A stretch of 51,714 bases of DNA, taken from a virus. Every line of letters begins with the position of its first letter. Positions within the stretch are counted from its first letter, which is position 1. Of the stretch, positions 8,974 through 16,360 are shown one piece after another. Made by a program: the position numbers and the translations under genes. The stretch covers positions 1-51,714 of the IMG/VR virus record IMGVR_UViG_3300021389_000035; one strand, 5' to 3'. The notes under the pieces were generated by a model that made no database searches, was not told the DNA's origin, and saw only the letters and a list, made by a program, of their open reading frames with translations.

Positions 8974-9392
8974 TGAGTGATTTTCAAACAGAAGTAGAAG
9001 ATTTTATGTTAATTGGCGGACAGGAATATCCTTGTTCTCAGGGTTGTCACCTATATGAAGACCCTAAAGATAATGACGACCAAGTTCAACTGTATATGGA
9101 TCTAATTACCGAAGAGTATAATGAGACCCTTGAAGCATATAGGGACGGTGATATCGTAGAACTCGCAGATGGTCTTGCGGATATGGTATGGGTTATCATG
9201 GGTATGGCGTCAAGTCTTGATATCGATTTCGAAGATGTGTGGGAAGAAGTTAAACGATCCAATATGTCTAAGTTTGTTGATGGTGTTGCGATTCGTAACC
9301 CCGAGACAGGTAAGATTATGAAACCGGATACTTTCTCCGAACCAGATATTGCGAGAGTGTTGGGTAGCCAAATCTGTAACGCACGTGTGTAA
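8970..9392 (+). CDS. MazG-like / PRA-PH-like nucleotide pyrophosphohydrolase
   Basis: 140 aa. EEYNETLEAY...VELADGLADMVWVIMG...DIDFEDVWEEV matches the all-alpha NTP-PPase pattern (E..E...E..D). Confidence 0.6.
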   Translation: MMSDFQTEVEDFMLIGGQEYPCSQGCHLYEDPKDNDDQVQLYMDLITEEYNETLEAYRDGDIVELADGLADMVWVIMGMASSLDIDFEDVWEEVKRSNMSKFVDGVAIRNPETGKIMKPDTFSEPDIARVLGSQICNARV

Positions 9393-9828
9393 GGTGTCTA
9401 AATGGGACGTAGCGCATATGGATACTGCACGTAGGTATGCGCAACTGTCCTCTGCAAAACGTGCACAGGTGGGTGCGGTCATCGTAAAAGATGGTCGTAT
9501 CCTATCTATCGGATACAATGGTATGCCTAGTGGATGGGACAACAGCTGCGAACATGAAGTGAAGACTGGCAACACAGGTTACGGTAGGAAACTAGTCACT
9601 AAAGACGAAGTCATTCATGCAGAGTCTAATGCAATCACTAAGGTTGCACGTAGTTCAGAATCTACCGAAGGTTCTACACTATATACAACGATGCTGCCCT
9701 GTTTAGATTGTGCAAAACTGATATATCAATCAGGCATTCGTAAGGTATACTATTCAGACCAATACCCCAAGGGTACAGCAGGATTAGATTTTTTAAATAA
9801 ATGTGAAATCCCTGTGAGTAAGATATGA
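9349..9828 (+). CDS. cd: dCMP deaminase
   Basis: HAESNAI (HAE) and PCLDCAKLI (PCxxC) zinc motifs, plus GYNGMPSG. The start is uncertain: GTG 9394, right after the upstream stop, is an alternative. Confidence 0.85.
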   Translation: MRECWVAKSVTHVCKVSKWDVAHMDTARRYAQLSSAKRAQVGAVIVKDGRILSIGYNGMPSGWDNSCEHEVKTGNTGYGRKLVTKDEVIHAESNAITKVARSSESTEGSTLYTTMLPCLDCAKLIYQSGIRKVYYSDQYPKGTAGLDFLNKCEIPVSKI

Positions 9829-10478
9829 CAGATGCAAACGAAAATTATAATATGACTCCGGCAGATAATGTGTTGTATTTTCCTAATAACATCGATGTTA
9901 GGATATGTCCTAAGAATGGTATGTCTACCTTAAAAGAAGCATTACGTAGAGGGACAGGAGAATCACATTCTAGAGGATGGAAAGAAAGACATTATGCGGT
10001 ATCAACAAAAGGTGATCAATTCGATCTTCCATTCAGGAAAGGTTCCTATCGTATTGCCGTAAGACGTGATCCAATTGATAGATTCAAATCTGCGTGTGAA
10101 TTCATTCAGTCCGCACGTGCTTTCTATATTAAGCATGGAAGAGATTTACCCGACATATCACTGAAGATCGATGAGGTTATTGATGGTATGGAGAGTGGTG
10201 ATGTGAAAAATAGTCACTTCTATACACAGTCTTGGTATATGGGTCATCCCGATGATTATGATATGGTTTATCACATTGACGAGATGCCGAAACTTCTTGA
10301 CTTTCTCCAAGAAGCCTGTAATATAGAACGTGATATAAGTGTTTTACACGAAAACCGAACAACAATGAAATTATATAATGATGCGATATCACCTGATCAT
10401 ATGGTGAAACTTCGCAACTTTTACTTGAAGGATTACAAAAATGGCTGGTGCAAACAAGAAGACCGTCTCACCGTTTGA
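9825..10478 (+). CDS. sulfotransferase-like protein (Sulfotransfer_2-like motifs)
   Basis: 217 aa. ICPKNGMSTLKEAL resembles the 5'-PSB loop, VRRDPIDRFKSAC resembles the 3'-PB motif, and a downstream NSHFYTQSW is present. Motif-level call only. Confidence 0.45.
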   Translation: MTDANENYNMTPADNVLYFPNNIDVRICPKNGMSTLKEALRRGTGESHSRGWKERHYAVSTKGDQFDLPFRKGSYRIAVRRDPIDRFKSACEFIQSARAFYIKHGRDLPDISLKIDEVIDGMESGDVKNSHFYTQSWYMGHPDDYDMVYHIDEMPKLLDFLQEACNIERDISVLHENRTTMKLYNDAISPDHMVKLRNFYLKDYKNGWCKQEDRLTV

Positions 10479-10836
10479 TTTTTTACAAAGTATTAACCAC
10501 TCGAAGATAGATATATATGAAGGTAATGAGAAGGGTTATGTCCCGTTCGTTATTAATCGCAGTCTGTCGTACTTCCCCGACACTGTTGCATTAGCGAATG
10601 AGATGAATCGGTATCACCATATTGATAGTAAGTTACAATATCAGTTTCTTATAAATATAGTTAGAAAAAGAAAACGTTTTTCTAAATGGGTAAAACCTGA
10701 GATAGAAAATGATATTGAAATGGTGAAAGAGTATTATGGATATAGTAATGACAAAGCAAGACAAGTCCTACCACTACTCTCCGCCACACAACTAACTATT
10801 ATAAAAGATAAGGTGAATAAAGGTGGAAGAAAATAA
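10441..10836 (+). CDS. gp62: gp62 clamp-loader small subunit
   Basis: 131 aa. FVINRSLSYFPDTVALANEMN...RKRKRFSKWVKPE is colinear with recalled T4 gp62 (...NALSQFPECMPAVYAMN...PRGKRYGKWAK). Confidence 0.65.
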   Translation: MAGANKKTVSPFDFLQSINHSKIDIYEGNEKGYVPFVINRSLSYFPDTVALANEMNRYHHIDSKLQYQFLINIVRKRKRFSKWVKPEIENDIEMVKEYYGYSNDKARQVLPLLSATQLTIIKDKVNKGGRK

Positions 10837-10861
10837 TATTGTAGAATGGAACTCTGGGTTG

Positions 10862-11233
10862 ATGTTGGAAATCATTCTGGCAGAACCAGATGACTTTTTG
10901 AAAGTCAAGGAAACTCTCACACGTATTGGTATCGCCTCCAGACGTGATAATAAACTTTTCCAGTCCTGTCATATCCTTCATAAACAGGGTAGATATTTTA
11001 TTGTGCACTTCAAAGAACTCTTTATGTTGGACGGTAAGAAGTCTAACCTAGAAGCTGGAGATGTACAACGAAGAAATACAATCGCGACTTTACTACAAGA
11101 CTGGGGTCTGGTAGAGATCCACAATAAAGAAGTCGCAAAAGACTGTGCGCCTATGCGTACAATTAAAATCATCGGGTTCAAAGATAAAGAACAATGGGAG
11201 CTTTGTCCGAAGTATAATATTGGAAATAAGTGA
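10862..11233 (+). CDS. regA: RegA translational repressor
   Basis: MLEIILAEPDDFLKVKETLTRIGIA...FQSCHILHKQGRYFIVHFKE is very close to recalled T4 RegA. ATG 10862 aligns with the T4 N-terminus; the track start is GTG 10823. Confidence 0.9.
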   Translation: MLEIILAEPDDFLKVKETLTRIGIASRRDNKLFQSCHILHKQGRYFIVHFKELFMLDGKKSNLEAGDVQRRNTIATLLQDWGLVEIHNKEVAKDCAPMRTIKIIGFKDKEQWELCPKYNIGNK

Positions 11234-11763
11234 TGTTTGATATATTTACAGATAAAGAGGAATTCATTGCGGATAAGATCCCGTTCTTCGGGAAACTTCC
11301 TCTTGAAATAAGTGATGTATATGATTGGAACAGACATATGCACCTACTCAATACTCATCCGGATAAACAAATAGATTCTAATACGAATAAGTTTCGTATC
11401 GGATTAAACTCTTTCCATAGTAGACCGTCTGCACCCGACTTCGCACGTGAAATCGAACAAGAGATGCAGGACGTTTTTTCTTTACATGGAAACAAGATCA
11501 CCAATATAGCATTCACCGGTATTGGTAAAAACTCTGACTCTTATCCTTGGCACTTCGACCAGATGGATGTGTTCTTAGTACAAGTCCTTGCGTCTGTAGA
11601 GATGAGAGTAGAGGGTCATAACAACAACGAACCATTTTGGTTCAATCCAGGCGACTACGTGTGGTTGCCTCGGGGTACCCACCATCAAGTGATTCCCCAC
11701 GATAGTCGAGTAAGTTTTTCCTTCGGTGTTGAAGGAGACCCTGACCCATCCATTTATTTCTAA
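11230..11763 (+). CDS. cupin / JmjC-like (2OG-Fe(II) oxygenase-like) protein
   Basis: 177 aa. WHFDQMDVFLVQVLASVEMRVEG...PGDYVWLPRGTHHQV matches the HxD...H layout of cupin-4/JmjC folds. Confidence 0.45.
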   Translation: MMFDIFTDKEEFIADKIPFFGKLPLEISDVYDWNRHMHLLNTHPDKQIDSNTNKFRIGLNSFHSRPSAPDFAREIEQEMQDVFSLHGNKITNIAFTGIGKNSDSYPWHFDQMDVFLVQVLASVEMRVEGHNNNEPFWFNPGDYVWLPRGTHHQVIPHDSRVSFSFGVEGDPDPSIYF

Positions 11764-11870
11764 ATGCGGTATGATATTTTTGCATAGCCTCTATCAAGAG
11801 TATGCGTTTATATACATATATACGTAATGAAATAATTCATTATATAATTAAACAGAGGTTAGTAAAAGTT

Positions 11871-11978
11871 ATGGAAAGGTCACGATCTGATAAAATATCA
11901 GAGAGATTAGGAATGACTATAGTTAGTTTAGCAAGTGCAATTACGTTCTATATAACATTTAGTGCACTGATGGTATAA
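11871..11978 (+). CDS. possible small membrane peptide (35 aa)
   Basis: ATG preceded by GAGG. One hydrophobic helix (MTIVSLASAITFYITFSALMV). Lies in a 270-nt AT-rich gap and is below the ORF-track cutoff. Confidence 0.25.
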   Translation: MERSRSDKISERLGMTIVSLASAITFYITFSALMV

Positions 11979-12033
11979 AAAGAAAAACGGGTGAGGTCAT
12001 GAGACTTTGCCCCAACCTTTAAGGAAATTTGTC

Positions 12034-12846
12034 ATGAACCTGATTTATCAATATTGGGACGGTGAAGTAAAAGAATCATGTCGTGCCGGTGTTATGGCCA
12101 TGCAAGAATACGCGGAACGTATTGGTGCAGAGTACATCTTCGAAGAGAATCCTCAGTTTCTCAAAAATCATTTTGGTTACAACTTTGGTAACTACTCTCC
12201 GCACTACGGTGCATTCAAACCCATCTTCAATGAAGCATTCGATAGATACGATAAAATACTATTTGCAGATACTGATGTATTTCCGGTAGAAGGTCTAGAG
12301 GCAAACATCTTTGACGAATTTACTGGTGGGATTGGTATCTGTACAGAACCAGAACAACCACGTATTCGTACTATTACCGGTGGTCGCATCACTCACGAAC
12401 AAGACGAACGTTTCGCTGCGTTATGTAAGAATATGTTCGGAACGGACTTACCTAGAAACGAATATGGTATTGATGTTTTCAACACAGGAATGGTCTTGTA
12501 TTCAAAAGAAGCACGTGTTAAGGCACGGAAGACTTGGTTAGATCCTAAAAGATATGTTGAGTTAGTTCGTCAAATGGGACTAGACTCGTTCTATACTTGT
12601 GATCAACCATACCTACATGCAATGATGTTTGTACACGACTTTGAAGTACAACGTATGGATAATGGGTGGAACTCTTATATTCATTACAGTAGATATAAGG
12701 GTATAGAGGGAAGAGAACTCCATGACTGGAGAGATGATAACACCAAGTTTGTCCATGTCCAGTTTGCAGGAGCGGACAATCTGGATACTGAAACACATCG
12801 GAGAGTTGTAAACCTTCCCCAAGAACAATGGAACCTACCTAAGTGA
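12034..12846 (+). CDS. DxD glycosyltransferase-like protein (GT-A fold, GT8-like)
   Basis: YDKILFADTDVFPV (DxD) and FNTGMVLYSKEA. ATG 12034 has AAGGA 7 nt upstream; the track start is TTG 12007. Paralogous N-terminus to the 28757 gene. Confidence 0.55.
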   Translation: MNLIYQYWDGEVKESCRAGVMAMQEYAERIGAEYIFEENPQFLKNHFGYNFGNYSPHYGAFKPIFNEAFDRYDKILFADTDVFPVEGLEANIFDEFTGGIGICTEPEQPRIRTITGGRITHEQDERFAALCKNMFGTDLPRNEYGIDVFNTGMVLYSKEARVKARKTWLDPKRYVELVRQMGLDSFYTCDQPYLHAMMFVHDFEVQRMDNGWNSYIHYSRYKGIEGRELHDWRDDNTKFVHVQFAGADNLDTETHRRVVNLPQEQWNLPK

Positions 12847-13646
12847 TCGCATACCAGATAGTAATAAAAGACGATCCTGTATCCGAAGAATACGCACGTA
12901 TATCACGTGAGTCTTTTCAACCTGCCATTGATGCGGGTATAATAGAAGAGATTCGAACCTTTCATGCGATCACTCCAGACTCTGTAGATTTTGAAGAACA
13001 TTTGTCAAGATATAATTGGCAAACTTCTATAATGCAGGCTGATCTACATGGTAGTGCCCCTGATGACCATTCTCCTACCGAGAAGGCAGGAATGTGTTCT
13101 CATTGGGAACTTATGCGCATGGCGTCCGAGTCTGATGAGAGATTCTTAGTATTGGAACATGATACCTTTTTGATAGAAGAACACTTGGATGTGTTGACAT
13201 CTATAATTAAGTTTATTGAAGAAATGGATGTCTTGTATGGAAACATTGGTTTGTTTATGGGGTGTTATACCTTGGAGAAGGAAACCGCTGCATGGCAATA
13301 CGATATGTTGACCCAAGGTAACTTCCCTATCAACTGTGGCCCATATTGCACACTACAGAGATTATATTCGACATACACTACACGTGTATTAAAATATGAA
13401 AATTATAGAGGTCGTGAGACAACTCTTGTGCATCCTTGGCACGGGTGTGACACTCTACATTTTGGTCGAAACATCCAAAAACCCTTCAACAAAAGGGATC
13501 CCAATATTGCATTCAATCCATGGAGAACACCTACTACTCAGGTCATATCTAAGAAACTTTGTGTTACCCAAGATCATCACGGGTACAGTCAAAAATTCAT
13601 AGATGCACCTTGGACTCGTCATCACTATTTTCATATAATAGATTGA
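12843..13646 (+). CDS. glycosyltransferase family 25-like protein
   Basis: 267 aa. TEKAGMCSHWELMRMASESDERFLVLEHDTFL resembles the GT25 GE(I/A)GC..SH...W...LEDD block. GTG start overlaps the upstream stop (GTGA). Confidence 0.5.
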   Translation: MIAYQIVIKDDPVSEEYARISRESFQPAIDAGIIEEIRTFHAITPDSVDFEEHLSRYNWQTSIMQADLHGSAPDDHSPTEKAGMCSHWELMRMASESDERFLVLEHDTFLIEEHLDVLTSIIKFIEEMDVLYGNIGLFMGCYTLEKETAAWQYDMLTQGNFPINCGPYCTLQRLYSTYTTRVLKYENYRGRETTLVHPWHGCDTLHFGRNIQKPFNKRDPNIAFNPWRTPTTQVISKKLCVTQDHHGYSQKFIDAPWTRHHYFHIID

Positions 13647-13671
13647 CAAACTCCTCGTAATAATATATAAT
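13643..13671 (+). promoter_or_regulatory. sigma70-type promoter, perfect consensus
   Basis: TTGACA 13643-13648, N17, TATAAT 13666-13671. The downstream leader GGTTACATTGAGATGAGG resembles the early cassette leader. Confidence 0.7.
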
Positions 13672-13694
13672 GGTTACATTGAGATGAGGAATTT

Positions 13695-14831
13695 ATGTTA
13701 CTAACTAAAGAAGATGCGTTCTACGCAGCAAATGTATTTACGGAGTTCTTTTCGAACTTTGACCGTATTGACGACTATATGCGTCAAATCAAGATGGAAC
13801 GTATGAAGACGTTCCCCACGGGTCTACTTGGTATGGGCCCCGAAGATGACCTGTTCGATGATTTCGACATGCACCCTAATGATATGGAGTTTGTCATCGG
13901 TGATTGTCCTCAGAACCAGTTCATGCAGTACATGGAGATCGTTACTTCTGCGCCCGTAGAATCTAGTATTCCGGGCAAACAAATGTTGAAGATTGTCAAA
14001 GAGAAGAACTCAGGTAAGATCTTTGGTATGATTCGATTCGGTTCTCCTACTATCAACTCACGTCCTCGTAATGAGTGGTTGGGTAATCCTCTGGACTCGT
14101 ACAATCCCGCAGTGATGAAAAGATTCAACGAATCTGTGATTATGGGGTTTAACATCATTCCGGTGCAACCCGCAGCTTTCAATACCTTGGGTGGAAAACT
14201 GCTCGCAGGTATTTGTTGTTCCCACCAAATGAGAAAAGAAATTAATAAACGATATGGTTCTAACATTGCGATGTTCGAGACCACATCCTTATATGGGAGT
14301 TCAACATCTGCAAGTATGTATGACGGTATGCGCCCATTCCTACGTTTTAACGGTTTGACAGACTCAAACTTCGCCCCACTGATCAACGATGATAACTTCC
14401 GTAGACTGAACGACTGGTTCAAAGAACGGAACGGTGGTGATTACTTGGTACCTGCTGACGCATCTTCTCGTAAGTTGAAGACGCAGACCAAGATGGTATC
14501 CATTATCAAAACCTCTCTCAAACAATATGATGTGGATGCCTATGCGAAGTTCTGTCAGATCTTTAAAGATGCGAAGGGTTTGACCGAGAAGAAACGTTCC
14601 TTCTTCTCTACCTATGGTTATGAGGCACAGTCCGTCAAGGACTATCTGAACCTCAAGACCGATGAACTCAAACCCGCAGAGAACTTTGACCGATTCGAGA
14701 TGGAGAACATCGTATCTTGGTGGCGCAAGAAGGCATCCAAGAGATTCGAACAGGTCAAGGCAGATGGTCGTCTACGTACCAAACTAGAAACGTGGAATAC
14801 AAATGCGGATGAAATTGACATTATTCGTTAA
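13695..14831 (+). CDS. hypothetical protein with DUF4338 (Druantia DruA)-like central region
   Basis: 378 aa. IFGMIRFGSPTINSRPRNEWLG...FNIIPVQP...NTLGGKLLAG...RYGSNIAMFETT parallels the recalled DUF4338 pattern LGFSAAAWKVAPRDRFIGW...NNSRFLILP...NLAS..L...YGY.P.LLETF. Confidence 0.45.
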   Translation: MLLTKEDAFYAANVFTEFFSNFDRIDDYMRQIKMERMKTFPTGLLGMGPEDDLFDDFDMHPNDMEFVIGDCPQNQFMQYMEIVTSAPVESSIPGKQMLKIVKEKNSGKIFGMIRFGSPTINSRPRNEWLGNPLDSYNPAVMKRFNESVIMGFNIIPVQPAAFNTLGGKLLAGICCSHQMRKEINKRYGSNIAMFETTSLYGSSTSASMYDGMRPFLRFNGLTDSNFAPLINDDNFRRLNDWFKERNGGDYLVPADASSRKLKTQTKMVSIIKTSLKQYDVDAYAKFCQIFKDAKGLTEKKRSFFSTYGYEAQSVKDYLNLKTDELKPAENFDRFEMENIVSWWRKKASKRFEQVKADGRLRTKLETWNTNADEIDIIR

Positions 14832-14838
14832 AAAAGTG

Positions 14839-14867
14839 TTGCCAAAGGCACTCTCTTTTGGTATTAT
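14839..14867 (+). promoter_or_regulatory. sigma70-type promoter (TTGCCA-N17-TATTAT)
   Basis: Near-consensus hexamers with a 17-nt spacer. Lies 82 nt upstream of ATG 14949. Confidence 0.5.
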
Positions 14868-14948
14868 ATATGTGTAGGTTGATAGAACGACTCATGGTGA
14901 CTCCTTCACTTCCTACACACCCTAACTAATTATATAAAGGTATATATT

Positions 14949-16292
14949 ATGAAAATCTCAAAGACATACAAGTCAGTTGAATCAAAAACAACCAACACAA
15001 CTTTTGGAGCATATGCTTCAATGATCCCATCTGTACACGCTGACTTGAATTGTCAGTCTGTAACTCGTTGGGAATTAGATAATAAACAACAGTTTATCAT
15101 TTCTCTAATATTGAACACTGCACCGTCCAAGTTCATCCTTGCGCATGTACAGTCTTGTTTGACATCCGCTGAACTGAATAACGATTCGGATTCCTTCAAG
15201 TACTTTTCCAGTTTCACTAATCTGTATCACTATTTGAACCTAGACTCTAATAATCGTACAACCTGTATATTTTCTTACACCAAGGACGAGTTCTCTATTC
15301 CAGAAGGTAACTATGTAGTTGCTGAGGAAGTATACACAATCACTTCTTCTAATAATAAGTATTCGACTCTTCCAGTTGGTTTGAGAAATGTTTTGGATTC
15401 TCGTAAGATAACTTTGGAAATTTATCAGAACGCTACCCAAGAAGATATCACACGTCTCTTTTTAGTTGTGAACAGCGGTGTTTCACTAAACTCCGCAGAG
15501 TTGAGAAATCCAATTCTTTCTAACGTAGCTGACCGAATTAGGGAAGTAGCTACTAACGAGACTGAAAATTTCTTTAAGTCAAGGGTATTTACTTCAAAAG
15601 AAATGAATCGCCGCAAACTTGATGATTATGTCGCTGGGTTGTGCATGATTTACCTTGAGGGTTTGGAAGCTAAAATTACCAATAAGAATCTGGAAGGAAT
15701 GTATTATGACGAAAACGCTAATAAACTCGTCAATAAGTTTACCAAAGAGTTTTCTCGATTCTTAAAAATTGTTGGGAAAAAGTTGTCAGTATTCAAACGT
15801 GAAAATGGATTACTTGATCTGTTTGTCATTTACCTTGATCAGATAAGATCGGGTAAGAAGATCGTTGATTCTGAAAATTTTGTAAAAGATTACATCAATA
15901 CACAAATTGATTTGATTAAGGACAAAACTGAATATTCATACAACAAAAACGGTCGTTCAGCAAACTTTTCAGAATTGTTACGTTCACGTGAGATTAGATT
16001 TAATCAACTTCGTAACTCATTGATCACTAAGAATTTTGACGCTTCTAAGTACTTCATTGGACTAGACAGTCGTAGAGTTGGCAACCGTGAAGAGAAGTTG
16101 ATTACTGCTAAGGAACAGGGTTGGATTACTCCAGAAGGCGTTGAGATTCCTATGGAAGATATCTTGACGACTGAATTTGAAATCGGTCACATCATTCCAC
16201 ACGCTGATGGTGGAAAGACCGAACTGTCGAACTTTGCGATTCAGACCAAAGAAGATAATAGAAAACTTGGTAGGAAACCAATTGCAGTTTAA
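14949..16292 (+). CDS. DUF262-like (ParB/Srx-fold) N-domain fused to C-terminal HNH nuclease (GmrSD-like architecture)
   Basis: 447 aa. IPSVHADLNCQSVTRWELDNKQQFIISLILN, LDSNNRTT (degenerate DGQQR), FLVVNSGVSLNSAELRN, and C-terminal EIGHIIPHADGGKTELSNFAIQTKEDNRKLG (HNH). Confidence 0.6.
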   Translation: MKISKTYKSVESKTTNTTFGAYASMIPSVHADLNCQSVTRWELDNKQQFIISLILNTAPSKFILAHVQSCLTSAELNNDSDSFKYFSSFTNLYHYLNLDSNNRTTCIFSYTKDEFSIPEGNYVVAEEVYTITSSNNKYSTLPVGLRNVLDSRKITLEIYQNATQEDITRLFLVVNSGVSLNSAELRNPILSNVADRIREVATNETENFFKSRVFTSKEMNRRKLDDYVAGLCMIYLEGLEAKITNKNLEGMYYDENANKLVNKFTKEFSRFLKIVGKKLSVFKRENGLLDLFVIYLDQIRSGKKIVDSENFVKDYINTQIDLIKDKTEYSYNKNGRSANFSELLRSREIRFNQLRNSLITKNFDASKYFIGLDSRRVGNREEKLITAKEQGWITPEGVEIPMEDILTTEFEIGHIIPHADGGKTELSNFAIQTKEDNRKLGRKPIAV

Positions 16293-16298
16293 TTACAG

Positions 16299-16325
16299 AG
16301 GGGTTGACAACAACCCCTTTTTTTG
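16299..16325 (+). terminator. rho-independent terminator overlapping the next promoter
   Basis: AGGGGTTG-ACAA-CAACCCCT hairpin followed by a run of 7 T. Confidence 0.75.
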
Positions 16326-16332
16326 TTATACT
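16304..16332 (+). promoter_or_regulatory. sigma70-type promoter (TTGACA-N17-TATACT)
   Basis: The -35 hexamer lies within the terminator hairpin. Lies 29 nt upstream of the gp43 ATG. Confidence 0.6.
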
Positions 16333-16360
16333 ATATACATTATTCTAAAGAAGTGAGTCT

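Noticed and set aside
8970-9392. Calling the ORF after gp44 'gp62' on the basis of T4 synteny
   Set aside because: Its sequence shows a MazG/PRA-PH-like E..E...E..D helix pattern. The ORF at 10441..10836 aligns much better with recalled T4 gp62.
10650-10657. Third exact TATAAATA, inside gp62 and about 205 nt upstream of regA
   Set aside because: It is intragenic, and two or three chance occurrences are expected at this composition. Only the two intergenic copies were listed.
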